Part shown: positions 63,814-64,000 of the stretch, in pieces
Layout of the letters: the number at the start of each line of letters is the position of its first letter
Numbering within the stretch: the stretch's first letter is position 1
Source: a virus
Taxonomy: Duplodnaviria; Caudoviricetes
DNA: 64,000 bases
IMG/VR virus record: IMGVR_UViG_643692013_000008
Span: 1 to 64,000 of that record
Strand: one strand, 5' to 3'
Translations under genes and position numbers: made by a program
The notes under the pieces: model-generated
Databases searched by the model: none
The model's input: only the letters and a program-made list of their open reading frames with translations
What the model was told of the DNA's origin: nothing

Positions 63814-64000
63814 GATTGATTCTCCTTGCGTGCGGCGTCGATCACCCGATCGAGAATTGCCTCGGGCGTCTCGTCCTGAACCTTGAATACCTCGACCTGC
63901 CGGTCGAACGCGATCGACATAGCGAGATCCATGCGGTCGTCATCGGGCACGTCGGATAGGATCAGCCGATACCGCGCAGCATCCCGCGCATCCTCGCTTT
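63810..64000 (-). CDS. Hypothetical protein, 3' part only
   Basis: Open frame ...DAARYR...ENQS* coupled to the next GTG; truncated by the window edge. Confidence 0.55.
   Translation of the reverse strand, partial: SEDARDAARYRLILSDVPDDDRMDLAMSIAFDRQVEVFKVQDETPEAILDRVIDAARKENQS

Larger units (their letters stand above)
61101..64000 (-). mobile_element. Prophage 2 (partial), tandemly inserted at the same tRNA-Pro site
   Basis: Second tyrosine integrase, excisionase-like gene and an ASCH-like paralog of 58932-59570 directly beyond the att repeat. Confidence 0.88.

Overview
Positions 43-61100 hold one apparently complete ~61 kb temperate prophage. It is GC-rich and probably from a Burkholderia-like betaproteobacterial host (inference). 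It is bounded by two identical 48-bp copies of the 3' half of a tRNA-Pro(GGG). The genome is lambdoid in layout with a contractile (myovirus-type) tail. The minus strand carries cro/cII, replication (initiator, DnaB), nin-type genes, a Q-like antiterminator, late promoter, terminases, portal, capsid, sheath/tube, tape measure, baseplate, fibre/spike, lysis and a Dam-type methylase. The plus strand carries cI and the pL arm (KTSC, ERF, YqaJ exonuclease, C5 methylase, DUF5131, xis, int). A second, related prophage starts at 61101 in mirror orientation (int-xis-...) and runs off the window. The most unusual signals are: (1) a tailspike-type beta-helix protein with a Sec signal peptide and paired cysteines, plus a distant membrane-anchored mini-protein with the same QFxxGQVLTAxQLN motif; (2) a lysis cassette with no recognisable Rz/Rz1 that ends in lipoprotein + patatin phospholipase; (3) a non-cleavable CI facing a LexA-boxed gene; (4) a Mom-like GNAT/PAPS-reductase/ParB block and a six-repeat C5 methylase followed by a cupin; (5) antisense morons spanned by translationally coupled 'bridge' ORFs; (6) a hidden 30-aa hydrophobic peptide inside a long fold-back in the pL leader; (7) an apparent 1-nt frameshift in the portal gene. 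All family calls come from motif recognition by eye; no searches were run.
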